Below, piece by piece: positions 49,089-58,593 of a DNA stretch of 64,000 bases (positions are counted from its first letter, which is position 1; the number at the start of each line of letters is the position of its first letter). A program made the translations under genes and the position numbers. The stretch is from Candidatus Dormiibacterota bacterium. Its GTDB lineage: Bacteria > Chloroflexota > Dormibacteria > Aeolococcales > Aeolococcaceae. The stretch covers positions 1,184,001 to 1,248,000 of the forward strand of contig OY970355.1 of the NCBI GenBank assembly GCA_963718525.1. Direction: 5' to 3'. The notes beneath the pieces are model-generated. The model did not search any database. It was not told where the DNA came from and worked only from the letters and a program-made list of their open reading frames with translations.

Positions 49089-50071
49089 TGAGTCTCGTCG
49101 GTGAGTGACTCGGCAACGGCGGCGAGAATCCGATCCACGCTGGGTAGGTAATAGTGCTCCATCCGGGCGGGGGGGTACGGGATGTCGAAGCCGGTAACAC
49201 GGACGACGGGTGCGTGAAGGTAATAGAAGCAGTCCCGCTGAATGGCTGCCACCAGTTCAGCGCCGTACCCGCCAGAGACCGGTGCCTCGTGCACGACCAC
49301 CGCCCGCCCGGTGCGCCGCACGCTGGAGACAAGAGTCTCCGTGTCCAGCGGCGAAAGCGTGCGGAGGTCGACGACCTCCAACTGCCAACCCTCCGCCTGC
49401 GCGGCGTCCGCTGCCTCGAGCGCCGTTGCAACGGTTGGCCCGTAAGCGATGACCGTCGCGGTCCCGCCTTCGCGGAGGATGCGAGCCTGGCCGATGTCGT
49501 GCGAAGACCCGCGTTGCAGCTCGACCTCGGCCTTGCTCCAGTACTGTCGCTTCGGCTCGAAGAACACGACCGGGTCGGGATCGTCGATCGCCGCTCGCAG
49601 CAACGCGTACGCGTCTTCGACGGTACCAGGCGTCACGACCTTCAGCCCCGGAGTGTGTACGTAATACGCCTCAGATGACTCTGAATGATGCTCGACCGAG
49701 CCGATACCGCCGCCGTAGGGTACCCGGATAACCATCGGCAGTCCGACCCGACCTCGGGTTCGGTTTCGCATCTTGGCGACATGGGAGATGATCTGCTCGA
49801 GAGCTGGGTACGCGAACGCGTCGAACTGCAGCTCGACGACGGGACGGAATCCGTACATCGCCATGCCGACCGCCGTGCCCACGATTCCAGCCTCCGCAAG
49901 GGGAGTGTCGAAGCAGCGCTCAGAACCGAACTCAGCGGTGAGGCCGTCGGTAATTCGAAAGACGCCACCGAGGGGTCCCACATCCTCGCCGAAGACAAGG
50001 ACGTTCGGGTCCTCACGTAACGCGTCTCGGAGCGCCGCATTGAGGGCGCCGGCCATCGTCATGGTGGTCAT
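49085..50071 (-). CDS. 2-oxoacid dehydrogenase E1 beta subunit
   Basis: GEDVG..GGVFR.T.GL, DTPLAEAGI.G, EHHSES, FFEPK and VVDLRTL.PLD. Confidence 0.95.
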   Translation of the reverse strand: MTTMTMAGALNAALRDALREDPNVLVFGEDVGPLGGVFRITDGLTAEFGSERCFDTPLAEAGIVGTAVGMAMYGFRPVVELQFDAFAYPALEQIISHVAKMRNRTRGRVGLPMVIRVPYGGGIGSVEHHSESSEAYYVHTPGLKVVTPGTVEDAYALLRAAIDDPDPVVFFEPKRQYWSKAEVELQRGSSHDIGQARILREGGTATVIAYGPTVATALEAADAAQAEGWQLEVVDLRTLSPLDTETLVSSVRRTGRAVVVHEAPVSGGYGAELVAAIQRDCFYYLHAPVVRVTGFDIPYPPARMEHYYLPSVDRILAAVAESLTDETQ

Positions 50072-50073
50072 CG

Positions 50074-51150
50074 TCAGTCGCCCGTCGCACGCAGTTCGTC
50101 GAGCAGCTGTGCGCGCTGGCGCAGCAGTGGACGTGTTGGGCTCGCGTAGACGTGCTCGAACAGCTCGGCTGGATCGAGGGACGGCTCCTGCTGCATCCGC
50201 TCGCGCACCTCGCCGGCGAGGGCTTCGGCCTCGACCATCAACTCGTCGTGCAGTCCATCGTTGAGCAGTCCGGCGCCCCGCAGGTACGTTTCGAGTCGCT
50301 TGACCGGGTCCAGGCGTCGCCACGAGTCCACCTCTTCGTCGGACCGATATCGGGAGGCGTCATCAGTATTCGTGTGGGGCTCGATGCGGTAGGTGATCGC
50401 TTCGACGACACTCGGTCCCTGCCCTTGACGGGCGGCAGCCAGCGCGGCCGCCAATACCGCATGCACGGCCGTGATGTCGTTGCCGTCCACCGTGTGCCCA
50501 TCCATGCCGTATCCACGCGCCCGCTCCGAGAGCGACGTCGCATGCGTCTGCCTGGAAACCGGCACGCTGATGGCGTAGCCGTTGTTCTGGATGAAGAACA
50601 CGACCGGAGCCTGAAAGACGCCTGCAAAGTTGAAGGCCTCGTGAGTGTCGCCTTCGCTCGTCGCGCCGTCGCCGAGGAGAACGATCACCGCGAGGGCGTC
50701 GCCCTTGAGCCTGGCCGCATACGCGAGGCCAACCGCGTGGGGGATATGCGTGGCGAGCGGGCTGCACTGCGGGGCGACCCGGGTCGCATAGGGATCGTAT
50801 CCGGTGTGCCAGAAGCCGCGGGTGTAGCTGAGCACCTCGACTGGGTCAACACCGCGCGCAAATACCGCCACAGAATCGCGGTACGTCGGGAACAGCCAGT
50901 CCTCTGCCTGCAACGCCATTGCCGCACCGACCTGGCAGGCTTCCTGGCCGCGTGACGCAGCATAGACGGCGAGGCGTCTCTGCCGCGCGAGGATGGTCGC
51001 CTGCTCGTCGAAGCGGCGCCCCAGAAGCATCTTGCGGTACATCGCCAGCATGAGGTCGCCGGAGGGCAATCGTGCCTCGTTCACTGCGCGCCCGTGCTCG
51101 TCGATCAACTGGATGAGGCTCCGTTCCGGCGCCTGCGCGATCACGACCAT
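50074..51150 (-). CDS. 2-oxoacid dehydrogenase E1 alpha subunit (PDH/BCKDH type)
   Basis: GQEA, FPTYR, ThDP motif GDGATSEGD...NN.YAIS and TYR..PHT..DD..RYR. Confidence 0.94.
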   Translation of the reverse strand: MVVIAQAPERSLIQLIDEHGRAVNEARLPSGDLMLAMYRKMLLGRRFDEQATILARQRRLAVYAASRGQEACQVGAAMALQAEDWLFPTYRDSVAVFARGVDPVEVLSYTRGFWHTGYDPYATRVAPQCSPLATHIPHAVGLAYAARLKGDALAVIVLLGDGATSEGDTHEAFNFAGVFQAPVVFFIQNNGYAISVPVSRQTHATSLSERARGYGMDGHTVDGNDITAVHAVLAAALAAARQGQGPSVVEAITYRIEPHTNTDDASRYRSDEEVDSWRRLDPVKRLETYLRGAGLLNDGLHDELMVEAEALAGEVRERMQQEPSLDPAELFEHVYASPTRPLLRQRAQLLDELRATGD

Positions 51151-51285
51151 CTTGCGTCCACCCCTACAGGACTTGACGACGACTGTGCTGCACAAGTGTG
51201 TGAGCGTCGAGGGATTTTATCGCGCGGCTCTGTGGCGTCGCAGGTCGACTGTCCATGTCGACGCCTCCCGATACGGAGGGAATCT

Positions 51286-51777
51286 TCACTGCGGACTCGG
51301 AGGAGATGCCGACCAGGCCTCCAAGACAGCAGCGACAATGTTTTGGTACCCGGTACACCGGCAGAGATTGCCCGACAACAGTTCCCGAACAGCCTTCTCG
51401 TCGGGGTAGTTGGACGGGTCAACGCCCTCCAGCGTCATCAGGATTCCGGCTGTACAGAACCCGCACTGAACCGCGCGGTGCTGCTCGAACGATCGCTGCA
51501 TGTGGTTCAGCCCCGTGGCTGGTGTGATGCCTTCGATGGTGGTGATCTCTGCACCGTCGGCCTGGACGGCGAGCATGATGCAGGACCGGACTGACGCACC
51601 ATCCACCAGGATCGTGCACGCTCCACAGACTCCCTGCTCGCATCCCACGTGCGTGCCGGTCAAGCCCAGGTCTTCACGAAGGAAGTCGCTGAGCAGCCGG
51701 CGAGCTGCCACGGCGCATCGGATGCGCTCTCGGTTCACAACGACCTCGATCTCCAGCGTCTCGAGCGGCTCCCTCAC
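51286..51777 (-). CDS. (2Fe-2S)-binding small subunit of molybdenum hydroxylase (CoxS-like)
   Basis: GCEQGVCGACT...SC, QCGFCT and NLCRCTGY. GTGA overlap with the FAD subunit. Confidence 0.93.
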   Translation of the reverse strand: MREPLETLEIEVVVNRERIRCAVAARRLLSDFLREDLGLTGTHVGCEQGVCGACTILVDGASVRSCIMLAVQADGAEITTIEGITPATGLNHMQRSFEQHRAVQCGFCTAGILMTLEGVDPSNYPDEKAVRELLSGNLCRCTGYQNIVAAVLEAWSASPPSPQ

Positions 51778-52643
51778 CGATCCCACGGTGCGGCCACCTC
51801 CGACAACGCTCGCGAAACCAAGACCGCGAGCATCTCCTTCCTGTATTCGGCGGTCGCGTGCAGATCGGTGAAGGTCGTGACTTGACGGGCCGCCGCGACA
51901 CCCGCTTCGAGGAACGTCTCCCGCGTGCACGGCGCACCCGTGATCACGACTTCGGCCTCGGACAGCCGCATGGGTTCGCCACTCACGCCGATCGCCGCGA
52001 GGCGGGCCTCGGAAATGGTCCTGGCGTCCGAGCCGACGCGGACCAGCGCAGCCACGCCCGCCAATGCGAAGTCACCGGCGCGCCGGGCCAGTTCAAGAAA
52101 CGTCGTCCGGCTTCCGGCGACATTGTGGAAGCGGATCTCGGTCAGTACCTCGTCCGGGTTCGCCGCTGTGGTGAACGGCCCACGGAAGAAGTCTGAGGCG
52201 TGGACGATGCGGTCAGCTCTGGAGTTGCGAAGGACCATCTCTGCATCCAATATCAGGGCCACAGCCGGCAGTTCGGCGGCCGGAGCCGCGTGGGCGAGGC
52301 TTCCACCGATGGTTCCGCGGTTCCTGATCTGCAGATGCCCGACGTGGCGAAGGGCCTGCACAACCAGTGGTGTCGTTGCCGAGACTTCGTGAGATTGCTT
52401 CGCCGAGGTCTGGCGCACCATCGCTCCAGCGATCAGAGTCCCCCCGTCGACCGTCAGGGAGTCCATGCCGCTCACGGCGCTGAGATCGATCAGCACCGAC
52501 GGTCGAATCAGCCGAAAGTTGAGCATCGGCATGAGGCTCTGGCCGCCCGCGAGCAACTTGGCCTCGTCGCCGTGCTGTGCTAGGAGTGTGAGCACGTCGC
52601 TGAGGTCGTCTGGACGTGCGTACTTGAGGGGCGGTGGTTTCAT
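51774..52643 (-). CDS. FAD-binding medium subunit of molybdenum hydroxylase (CoxM-like)
   Basis: LAGGQSLMP.LN.R, QIRNRGTIGGS.AHA.PAAE and DLHAT.EYR. Confidence 0.93.
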   Translation of the reverse strand: MKPPPLKYARPDDLSDVLTLLAQHGDEAKLLAGGQSLMPMLNFRLIRPSVLIDLSAVSGMDSLTVDGGTLIAGAMVRQTSAKQSHEVSATTPLVVQALRHVGHLQIRNRGTIGGSLAHAAPAAELPAVALILDAEMVLRNSRADRIVHASDFFRGPFTTAANPDEVLTEIRFHNVAGSRTTFLELARRAGDFALAGVAALVRVGSDARTISEARLAAIGVSGEPMRLSEAEVVITGAPCTRETFLEAGVAAARQVTTFTDLHATAEYRKEMLAVLVSRALSEVAAPWDR

Positions 52644-52670
52644 CGTGGTCTCAGCGGCGAACGAGGGGGT

Positions 52671-53069
52671 TCAATCAGCCGCTACAAACTGTATCTCGAT
52701 GAGGAAGTCCGGATCCACCAACTGACTGACGACCACCAGGACGGTCGGAGGAAACTTGCCCTCCGGATAGAGGTCCTTGTATACGGCCGCGCGCACTCGG
52801 TAGTACTCGGCGATGTCCTCCTTCCGAACCAGGTACGTGGTCATGTGGACAATGTTCGAGTACGAGAGACCTTCGCCCTTGAGAGCCTCACCCATCTCGG
52901 CATAGGCTGCAAGCATCTGACGCTCGAGGTCACCTTTCCCGATGACCTTTCCATCCGTGTCCATCGCGGTCACCCCGGCGAAGAAAGCAAGATTGCCGGC
53001 GCGCGCCACGTGGGAGTAAAGACCAATCGGGGTGGGCAGCGTTTCGAGAAGCTTGTACTCGACCGTCAC
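52671..53069 (-). CDS. Rid family protein
   Basis: PIGLYSHVARAGNLAFFAG and FPPTVL..V.QL.DP..LIEIQ. SD GAGGAG. Confidence 0.88.
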   Translation of the reverse strand: MTVEYKLLETLPTPIGLYSHVARAGNLAFFAGVTAMDTDGKVIGKGDLERQMLAAYAEMGEALKGEGLSYSNIVHMTTYLVRKEDIAEYYRVRAAVYKDLYPEGKFPPTVLVVVSQLVDPDFLIEIQFVAAD

Positions 53070-53161
53070 CGTTGTCTCCTCAGTGGTGGCTCATCGGCTA
53101 ACAGTGGGCGCCAGTCTAACCAGTGGCCCGGCACGGCTCAGCCTCCACGCCTCAGCAGATC

Positions 53162-54043
53162 TCAGGTCGAGCTGTTTCGTTGCGAACGGAACATGAGTTG
53201 AGCGCCACATGCCGCGCCGGGCGAGACCATCGCACCGCCGTCGCCCGAGCTCAGGGCTCCGGAACGTGCCATGGCGAGCGTCAGGTCCGGCACGTTCAGA
53301 TCAATCTGAAACAACCCCTCACCTTCCCGCTGGAGAGCATGCAGAGCCGACCCGGCACCAGCCGGTTGCAGGAGATCGACATAGAAGTCTCCCAGGCGGA
53401 GTCTCGTGCGCCACGCACCCACAGACGGTTCTTCCACCAATTGCTCCTCGACGGTCAGCCCGAGCCCATGAACGTAGAGCTGCAGCGCTGCAGGAAGATC
53501 TCGAAGCACAACACCAACTCCAGCAACGCCCGAGGCGCCGTTGGGATGATGCGTTGACCCGTCGAGCATGAGACGCTCGGCCGTGGGTGTCTCCCACTCA
53601 ATGAAGAAGGGCCACGGACGTCGCCAGGCGGTGCCAGAGGGCACGAACAGGCGCCAGCTCAGGCGCTGGCCATCGGGCAGCGCGCGCTCCATGGAAAATG
53701 GCCCGAGTCCAGCCGGTAGGGCCGGGCTCCACGTCGAGGCGAGAGCATCGAGATCATCAGCGGCCATCGCGAATCCGACTCCCCCGCCAGAATGTGCGTC
53801 AAGGTACCTGATGAGATCCAGCAAGTTCCCGCCCGCGGCCCTCCCCAGGTCCTCATCATGAACGCTGATCAGTTCCAGGTAGTCAACACCAAATCGAATG
53901 ATCGCGTTCTCAGTGCCTCTTCCCTTGTGGCGGCCGCCGGCGACGCAATGGAACCCGAGACTTCTGTAGGCCTCGACTGCCTCGTTGAGGTCTCGGACAG
54001 CGATCACCGCGTGATCAAATCTGCTGACCCGCGCCTCAATCAT
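53162..54043 (-). CDS. VOC (glyoxalase-like) family protein
   Basis: FDHAVIAV.DL..A..Y..LGF....GG.H...GT.N, YLELI and PFFIEW. Confidence 0.88.
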   Translation of the reverse strand: MIEARVSRFDHAVIAVRDLNEAVEAYRSLGFHCVAGGRHKGRGTENAIIRFGVDYLELISVHDEDLGRAAGGNLLDLIRYLDAHSGGGVGFAMAADDLDALASTWSPALPAGLGPFSMERALPDGQRLSWRLFVPSGTAWRRPWPFFIEWETPTAERLMLDGSTHHPNGASGVAGVGVVLRDLPAALQLYVHGLGLTVEEQLVEEPSVGAWRTRLRLGDFYVDLLQPAGAGSALHALQREGEGLFQIDLNVPDLTLAMARSGALSSGDGGAMVSPGAACGAQLMFRSQRNSST

Positions 54044-54314
54044 TCGACACGTGCGCGCGCCTTCGGTTCGCTGACCGCGACATTGCCGCCGCGCATTTCC
54101 ACACGAGGAGGGGTTGCATTGTCTCGTGCCTCAACTGGTCAACGGTTGACTGTCGACCGCATTCGAGAATACCATGCGGTGGTGGTCTGCCTGCCTCACT
54201 CCGGCCTCGGACCGCAATTGGTTCGGTGCTTCCATCTCATGCAACAGCTGAGCATGAGCACTCTCAGGCGACGGTCTCCCTTGCGGGTCGGCCAAATCCT
54301 AACAAACGAACCCT

Positions 54315-55013
54315 GTGATTAAGGTCTCTTCGAGCGGTCCGATTGCGTTCGCCGGTCTGAGCCAGGAGGTTGCGCGTCGCCTCCGCGAGCAAATCCTGTC
54401 GGGGCAACTGGGTGATGGCGCCCGGATCGTCGAGCGCGACGTTGCTCAGGACATGGGTCTCAGCCGAGGGCCGATACGCGACGCGCTTCGTCAGCTGGAG
54501 CATGAGGGACTGATCACCTGGCTCCCTCGACGAGGTGCGCGGGTCGCGTCCATCACACGCGACGACGCCGAGGAGTTCTTCGCCCTTCGGGCTGCTGTGG
54601 AACCCGTGGCGGCCGAGTTCTTTCTCAAGCGCAAGGCTCCGGATATGTTCGTGCCGTTCGACGACTGTCTCGAGCGACTCCAGCGAGCCGCTGATGCGGA
54701 GGACTGGCCCGAGGCTACGCGGGTACATATGGAGTTTCACAGCCTCGTGTACACGCTCTGCGGGCGCCGACGCCTCGAGCGTGTATGGGAGTCGTTGAGC
54801 GTGCCGGTGCTTCAGACTTTCAGGCTCCACCGACCGCTCGTCGACACGATTGGAGACTTGCCGCGAATGCACGCTGTGATCCTGGATGCGATGAAGCAAG
54901 GACCCCTGGCGACGGCCAAGAAAGTGGTCCGGCAACACGCCCTTGAATACGAGGATGACGTTCTGAAGGCCCTTTCGGCGCCCTTTGCGCTCCGGGAATC
55001 CGACGCCGGTTGA
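54315..55013 (+). CDS. GntR family regulator (FCD domain)
   Basis: LREQILSGQL..G.RIVE..VA..MG.SRGPIRDAL..LE.EGL, followed by an FCD-like C-terminus with FH and H residues. Confidence 0.92.
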   Translation: MIKVSSSGPIAFAGLSQEVARRLREQILSGQLGDGARIVERDVAQDMGLSRGPIRDALRQLEHEGLITWLPRRGARVASITRDDAEEFFALRAAVEPVAAEFFLKRKAPDMFVPFDDCLERLQRAADAEDWPEATRVHMEFHSLVYTLCGRRRLERVWESLSVPVLQTFRLHRPLVDTIGDLPRMHAVILDAMKQGPLATAKKVVRQHALEYEDDVLKALSAPFALRESDAG

Positions 55014-55059
55014 CCTGTTTGGTCAACCATTGACACTTGACCACCAACATTCATAGAAT
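55009..55059 (+). promoter_or_regulatory. Sigma70-type promoter with overlapping inverted repeats (candidate GntR operator)
   Basis: TTGACA at 55030, 18-bp spacer, TAGAAT at 55054. GTTGACC-N5-GGTCAAC (55009-55027) and TGGTCAACCA (55020-55029). Confidence 0.65.
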
Positions 55060-55109
55060 GGCGCGGCCCGGCATCATCCAGCCAGGGGCAGGGGAGCCTT
55101 GGAGAGCAA

Positions 55110-56222
55110 ATGCACGTTCTCAAGGAATCGAAGGAGGCAGACCGCACACGAATGACAGGCTCTGAAACCGACGGACACGGATCGCCTCAGGGCGTAACGC
55201 GGCCGACCCGCGTCGTCGTGTGGTCGGACCAGCTTGCGACGCCCGACCTGCTGGGGCCGTTCGCCGGACCCGCACCGGGCCTCCCCGAGGATCGCTCCGG
55301 GGCCAGCTACGTCTTCGCCAACACTGACGAGCAGCTTCAGTCGGCGATCCAAGACGCGGATGTCGTGTTCGGATGGAACTACTTCACCAATCCGAAGATG
55401 CTGCAACGGGCGCTTCCGTTCGCGAACCATCTGGGCTGGGTGCAGGCTGCTGGAGTAGGCATTGAGCGGCTGCTCTTCCCAGAGCTGATCAACAGCGACG
55501 TCATCCTCACCAATGGCGCAGGAGTGTACGAGCAGAATATCGCCGAGTATGCGGTGATGCTCATGCTGCTCTTCGCCAAAGACGTCGTCCAGACTGTTCA
55601 TGATCAGCAGGCACATCGCTGGGAGTTCCGGGGCCCGAAAAACGATACGTTGCAGGGCCGTGAGCTTGTGGTCGTCGGCGTCGGGGGAATCGGCCGTGCG
55701 ATCGCTCGCCAGGGCCGGACGTTCGGAATGAAGACAATCGGCGTCGCACGCAGCGGTCGTGATGGCGATGCGGATTTCGACATCATCCATCCGATATCCG
55801 AACTGCTCCGGGTCTTGCCAACTGCCGATTACGTCGTGCTGATCGTCCCTTCGACGCCGGACACCAACGGCATGATGGGAGAGGAGGCCTTCGGGCTGAT
55901 GAAGCCCTCGGCGCGGCTCATCAATCTCGGTCGCGGTGAGCTCGTGGTTGAGGCCGCGCTGATGGCCGCATTACGCAATGGTGAGATCGCCGGCGCTGCG
56001 CTGGATGTGTTCTGGAAGGAACCTCTGCCCAAGGACCACCCGCTCTGGGACATGCCGAATGTCATCATCTCTCCTCACATCGCCGGAGACGTGGCGACCA
56101 CACCGGAACAGTTCGTCGAGCTCTTTCTCAACAATCTGTCGCGCTGGCAGTCCGGCCGGCAGCTGGTGAACGTCGTCGACAAGCGGCTGGGATTCGCACC
56201 GCTGTCGGCGTCGGCGGTTTGA
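55110..56222 (+). CDS. D-2-hydroxyacid dehydrogenase
   Basis: GVGGIG, NLGRG (Arg), DVF..EPL (Glu) and SPHIAG (His). Start may be 55152. Confidence 0.9.
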   Translation: MHVLKESKEADRTRMTGSETDGHGSPQGVTRPTRVVVWSDQLATPDLLGPFAGPAPGLPEDRSGASYVFANTDEQLQSAIQDADVVFGWNYFTNPKMLQRALPFANHLGWVQAAGVGIERLLFPELINSDVILTNGAGVYEQNIAEYAVMLMLLFAKDVVQTVHDQQAHRWEFRGPKNDTLQGRELVVVGVGGIGRAIARQGRTFGMKTIGVARSGRDGDADFDIIHPISELLRVLPTADYVVLIVPSTPDTNGMMGEEAFGLMKPSARLINLGRGELVVEAALMAALRNGEIAGAALDVFWKEPLPKDHPLWDMPNVIISPHIAGDVATTPEQFVELFLNNLSRWQSGRQLVNVVDKRLGFAPLSASAV

Positions 56223-56230
56223 GAGCAGAT

Positions 56231-57205
56231 ATGGCAGAGCTCAGATTCGTCATGGCGGAGGGGACGGCCCCAAACCTCGACATCGAGAAGGAATTCCTCA
56301 AGGGGCAGGACGTCGACATCCGCATCACCCCTCTCGACACGGCTGACGCGGTCGGTCGTGAAACCGTGGACGCAGACGCTGTCATCGTCGGCACCGAGCC
56401 CATGTCGCGTCCATTTATCGAGCGCTTCGGTCCCAAGGTCAAGATCATCGGTCGTGCAGGCATCGGCCTCGACGCGATAGACATGGATGCGGCACGCGAG
56501 CACGGGGTTGCGGTCTTCCATACACCTGATTACGCCACTGAGGAAGTGGCCACCCATGCCCTTGCGCTGATACTGGCGCTGAATCGAAGGATCGTCGAGG
56601 GTGATGCGGTCGCGCGGTCGAATTGGCCGGCGTATGAAAGTCTGCTTCCGGTCAAGCCCCTCAGCGATCAGGTGGTGGGGATCGTTGGACTCGGCCGCAT
56701 TGGTCGAGCGGTCATCGAGCGACTTGTGCCCTTTCGCCCGACGATTATCGGGTTCGACCCGTTCGTGGACTCGCCGGTGCCCGGTGTCGAGCGAGCAGGC
56801 TCGTTGGACGACGTGCTGACGCGATCTGACATCGTGACGCTCCATCTGCCGGTAACCCCCGAGACGGTGAAGGTGATCGGTCGGCGCGAGATCGGACTGC
56901 TGCGGCCGGGCGCCTTGCTCATCAATGTCTCTCGCGGGCGCCTGATCGATGAAGAGGCCCTTGTCGAGGCGCTCGCCGACGACCGCATCCGCGCAGGACT
57001 GGACGTTGTGACTACGGAGCCACCCCCGCGGGACGCACCGATCCTGACGGCCCCAAACGCCTTGCTCTCCCCGCACTTTGCGTGGTACTCAGATTCGTCT
57101 CAACGGCGCGTGCGCACGGAAACGCTGGCTGGTGTCTTGAACTACCTGCGTGACGAACCTCTTCAGACGGGCCAACTCGTGGTCGACCCACGCGTCTCCG
57201 CGTAG
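56231..57205 (+). CDS. D-2-hydroxyacid dehydrogenase (CtBP-like)
   Basis: R.GIG.D.ID, PDY.TEEVA.H, GLGRIG, NVSRG, LDV..EP and SPHFAWYS. Confidence 0.9.
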   Translation: MAELRFVMAEGTAPNLDIEKEFLKGQDVDIRITPLDTADAVGRETVDADAVIVGTEPMSRPFIERFGPKVKIIGRAGIGLDAIDMDAAREHGVAVFHTPDYATEEVATHALALILALNRRIVEGDAVARSNWPAYESLLPVKPLSDQVVGIVGLGRIGRAVIERLVPFRPTIIGFDPFVDSPVPGVERAGSLDDVLTRSDIVTLHLPVTPETVKVIGRREIGLLRPGALLINVSRGRLIDEEALVEALADDRIRAGLDVVTTEPPPRDAPILTAPNALLSPHFAWYSDSSQRRVRTETLAGVLNYLRDEPLQTGQLVVDPRVSA

Positions 57206-57273
57206 CGCGCGTCAGTGGTGGGATTGGGCGCGAAGTTGATGTCTGGTATTGATCTGAATATTGGAGACGTTGA

Positions 57274-58155
57274 ATGAGACTTGCGACTGCCTTGGTGAAT
57301 GGCCAGACTCGGTTGTTCCTCGAAACGCCGGCAGGCATGCTTGACGTAGCACAACGTGTGCCTGAAGCCGCCGGCGTGTCTGACGTGGGAGCGCTGTTAC
57401 GAGCCGGAAGCCACGCCATGGCCGCAGTACGATCGCTGGAGGCCGGCAACACGTCCGGAGAAACGCTCAGCGCGGGCGATCTGGAGTGGGCGCCGCCGAT
57501 CACCAATCCTTCGAAGATCATCTGCATTGGTCTGAATTACCGTGCTCATGCTGCCGAGGGCGGCGACCCGCTGCCCACGCGTCCGATCATCTTCGCAAAG
57601 TTCTCAAACACCCTGATCGCTTGCGGCCAGAGCGTTGCTCACCCCCACATCTCTGAGAGTCTCGATTATGAGGGTGAGTTGGGCGTGGTGATAGGCCAGC
57701 GGGTCACCAACGTGGCCGTCGAGAACGCATCATCTGCGGTCGCCGGTTATGTCGTCGCGAATGACGTGACAGCCCGTGACATCCAGTCGGGCGACCCCGC
57801 GTCTCAGTGGGTGCGCGGGAAATCATTGGATACCTTCGCCCCGATGGGACCCTACTTCACCACGGCCGATGCGGTCGCCGATTGGCGATTGTTGCGCCTC
57901 CAGACCTGGGTCAATGGCGAGTCGAGACAGGATGAATTGTGCGGTGACATGATTTTCGGCGTTGAGGAGCTGATCTCGTTCGTCAGCCAGGACCTCACCC
58001 TCGAGCCCGGCGACGTCATTCTGACCGGCACACCCTCGGGCGTCGGAGCTGGTTTCACACCGCCCCGTTGGTTGCATCCGGGGGATACCGTCGAGGTTGA
58101 AATCTCCGGACTGGGAAGATTGACGTCCCCGGTCACAACGGCGCAGGGGGCGTGA
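57274..58155 (+). CDS. Fumarylacetoacetate hydrolase family protein
   Basis: KIICIGLNY.AHA.E, DYEGEL, NDVTARD, KS.DTF.P.GP and GDVILTGTP.GVG. Confidence 0.93.
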   Translation: MRLATALVNGQTRLFLETPAGMLDVAQRVPEAAGVSDVGALLRAGSHAMAAVRSLEAGNTSGETLSAGDLEWAPPITNPSKIICIGLNYRAHAAEGGDPLPTRPIIFAKFSNTLIACGQSVAHPHISESLDYEGELGVVIGQRVTNVAVENASSAVAGYVVANDVTARDIQSGDPASQWVRGKSLDTFAPMGPYFTTADAVADWRLLRLQTWVNGESRQDELCGDMIFGVEELISFVSQDLTLEPGDVILTGTPSGVGAGFTPPRWLHPGDTVEVEISGLGRLTSPVTTAQGA

Positions 58156-58162
58156 GGCAAGG

Positions 58163-58564
58163 ATGACCGTCACGTACCGGAATCTGTCCACGCTTCCGCC
58201 TCCGATTGGCCTGTACTCGCACGTGGCCCGCGCCGGCAACCTGGCATTCTTCGCCGGCATGGCCGCCATCGACGCGGACGGAACGATCATCGGCAAGGAC
58301 GACCTCGAGACGCAGATGCGCGCGATGTACACGGAGATGGGTGAAGCTCTGAAGGCCGAAGGCTTGACCTACTCGAATGTCGTGCAGATGACCACATATC
58401 TCGTGCGTGAGCAGGACATCGCTGAGTTCTATCGAGTTCGAGAGCTTGTCTATCAGGAGCTCTATCCGGATGGGAAGTTCCCGCCGAATGCCTTGCTGAT
58501 TGTCAGCCGGTTAGTCGATCCAGACCTCCTGATCGAACTGCAGATTACGGCAGCGGGCGACTGA
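58163..58564 (+). CDS. Rid family protein
   Basis: PIGLYSHVARAGNLAFFAG and FPPNAL..V..L.DP.LLIELQ. Close paralog of 52671-53069. Confidence 0.88.
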   Translation: MTVTYRNLSTLPPPIGLYSHVARAGNLAFFAGMAAIDADGTIIGKDDLETQMRAMYTEMGEALKAEGLTYSNVVQMTTYLVREQDIAEFYRVRELVYQELYPDGKFPPNALLIVSRLVDPDLLIELQITAAGD

Positions 58565-58593
58565 TCGAGCCACGTCGGGCAATATCACGATTG

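Noticed and set aside
54230-54300. CTCTCAGG resembling a glycine riboswitch 3' motif upstream of gntR
   Set aside because: The GGAGA and CCGAAG partner motifs are absent, and the gene context does not fit.
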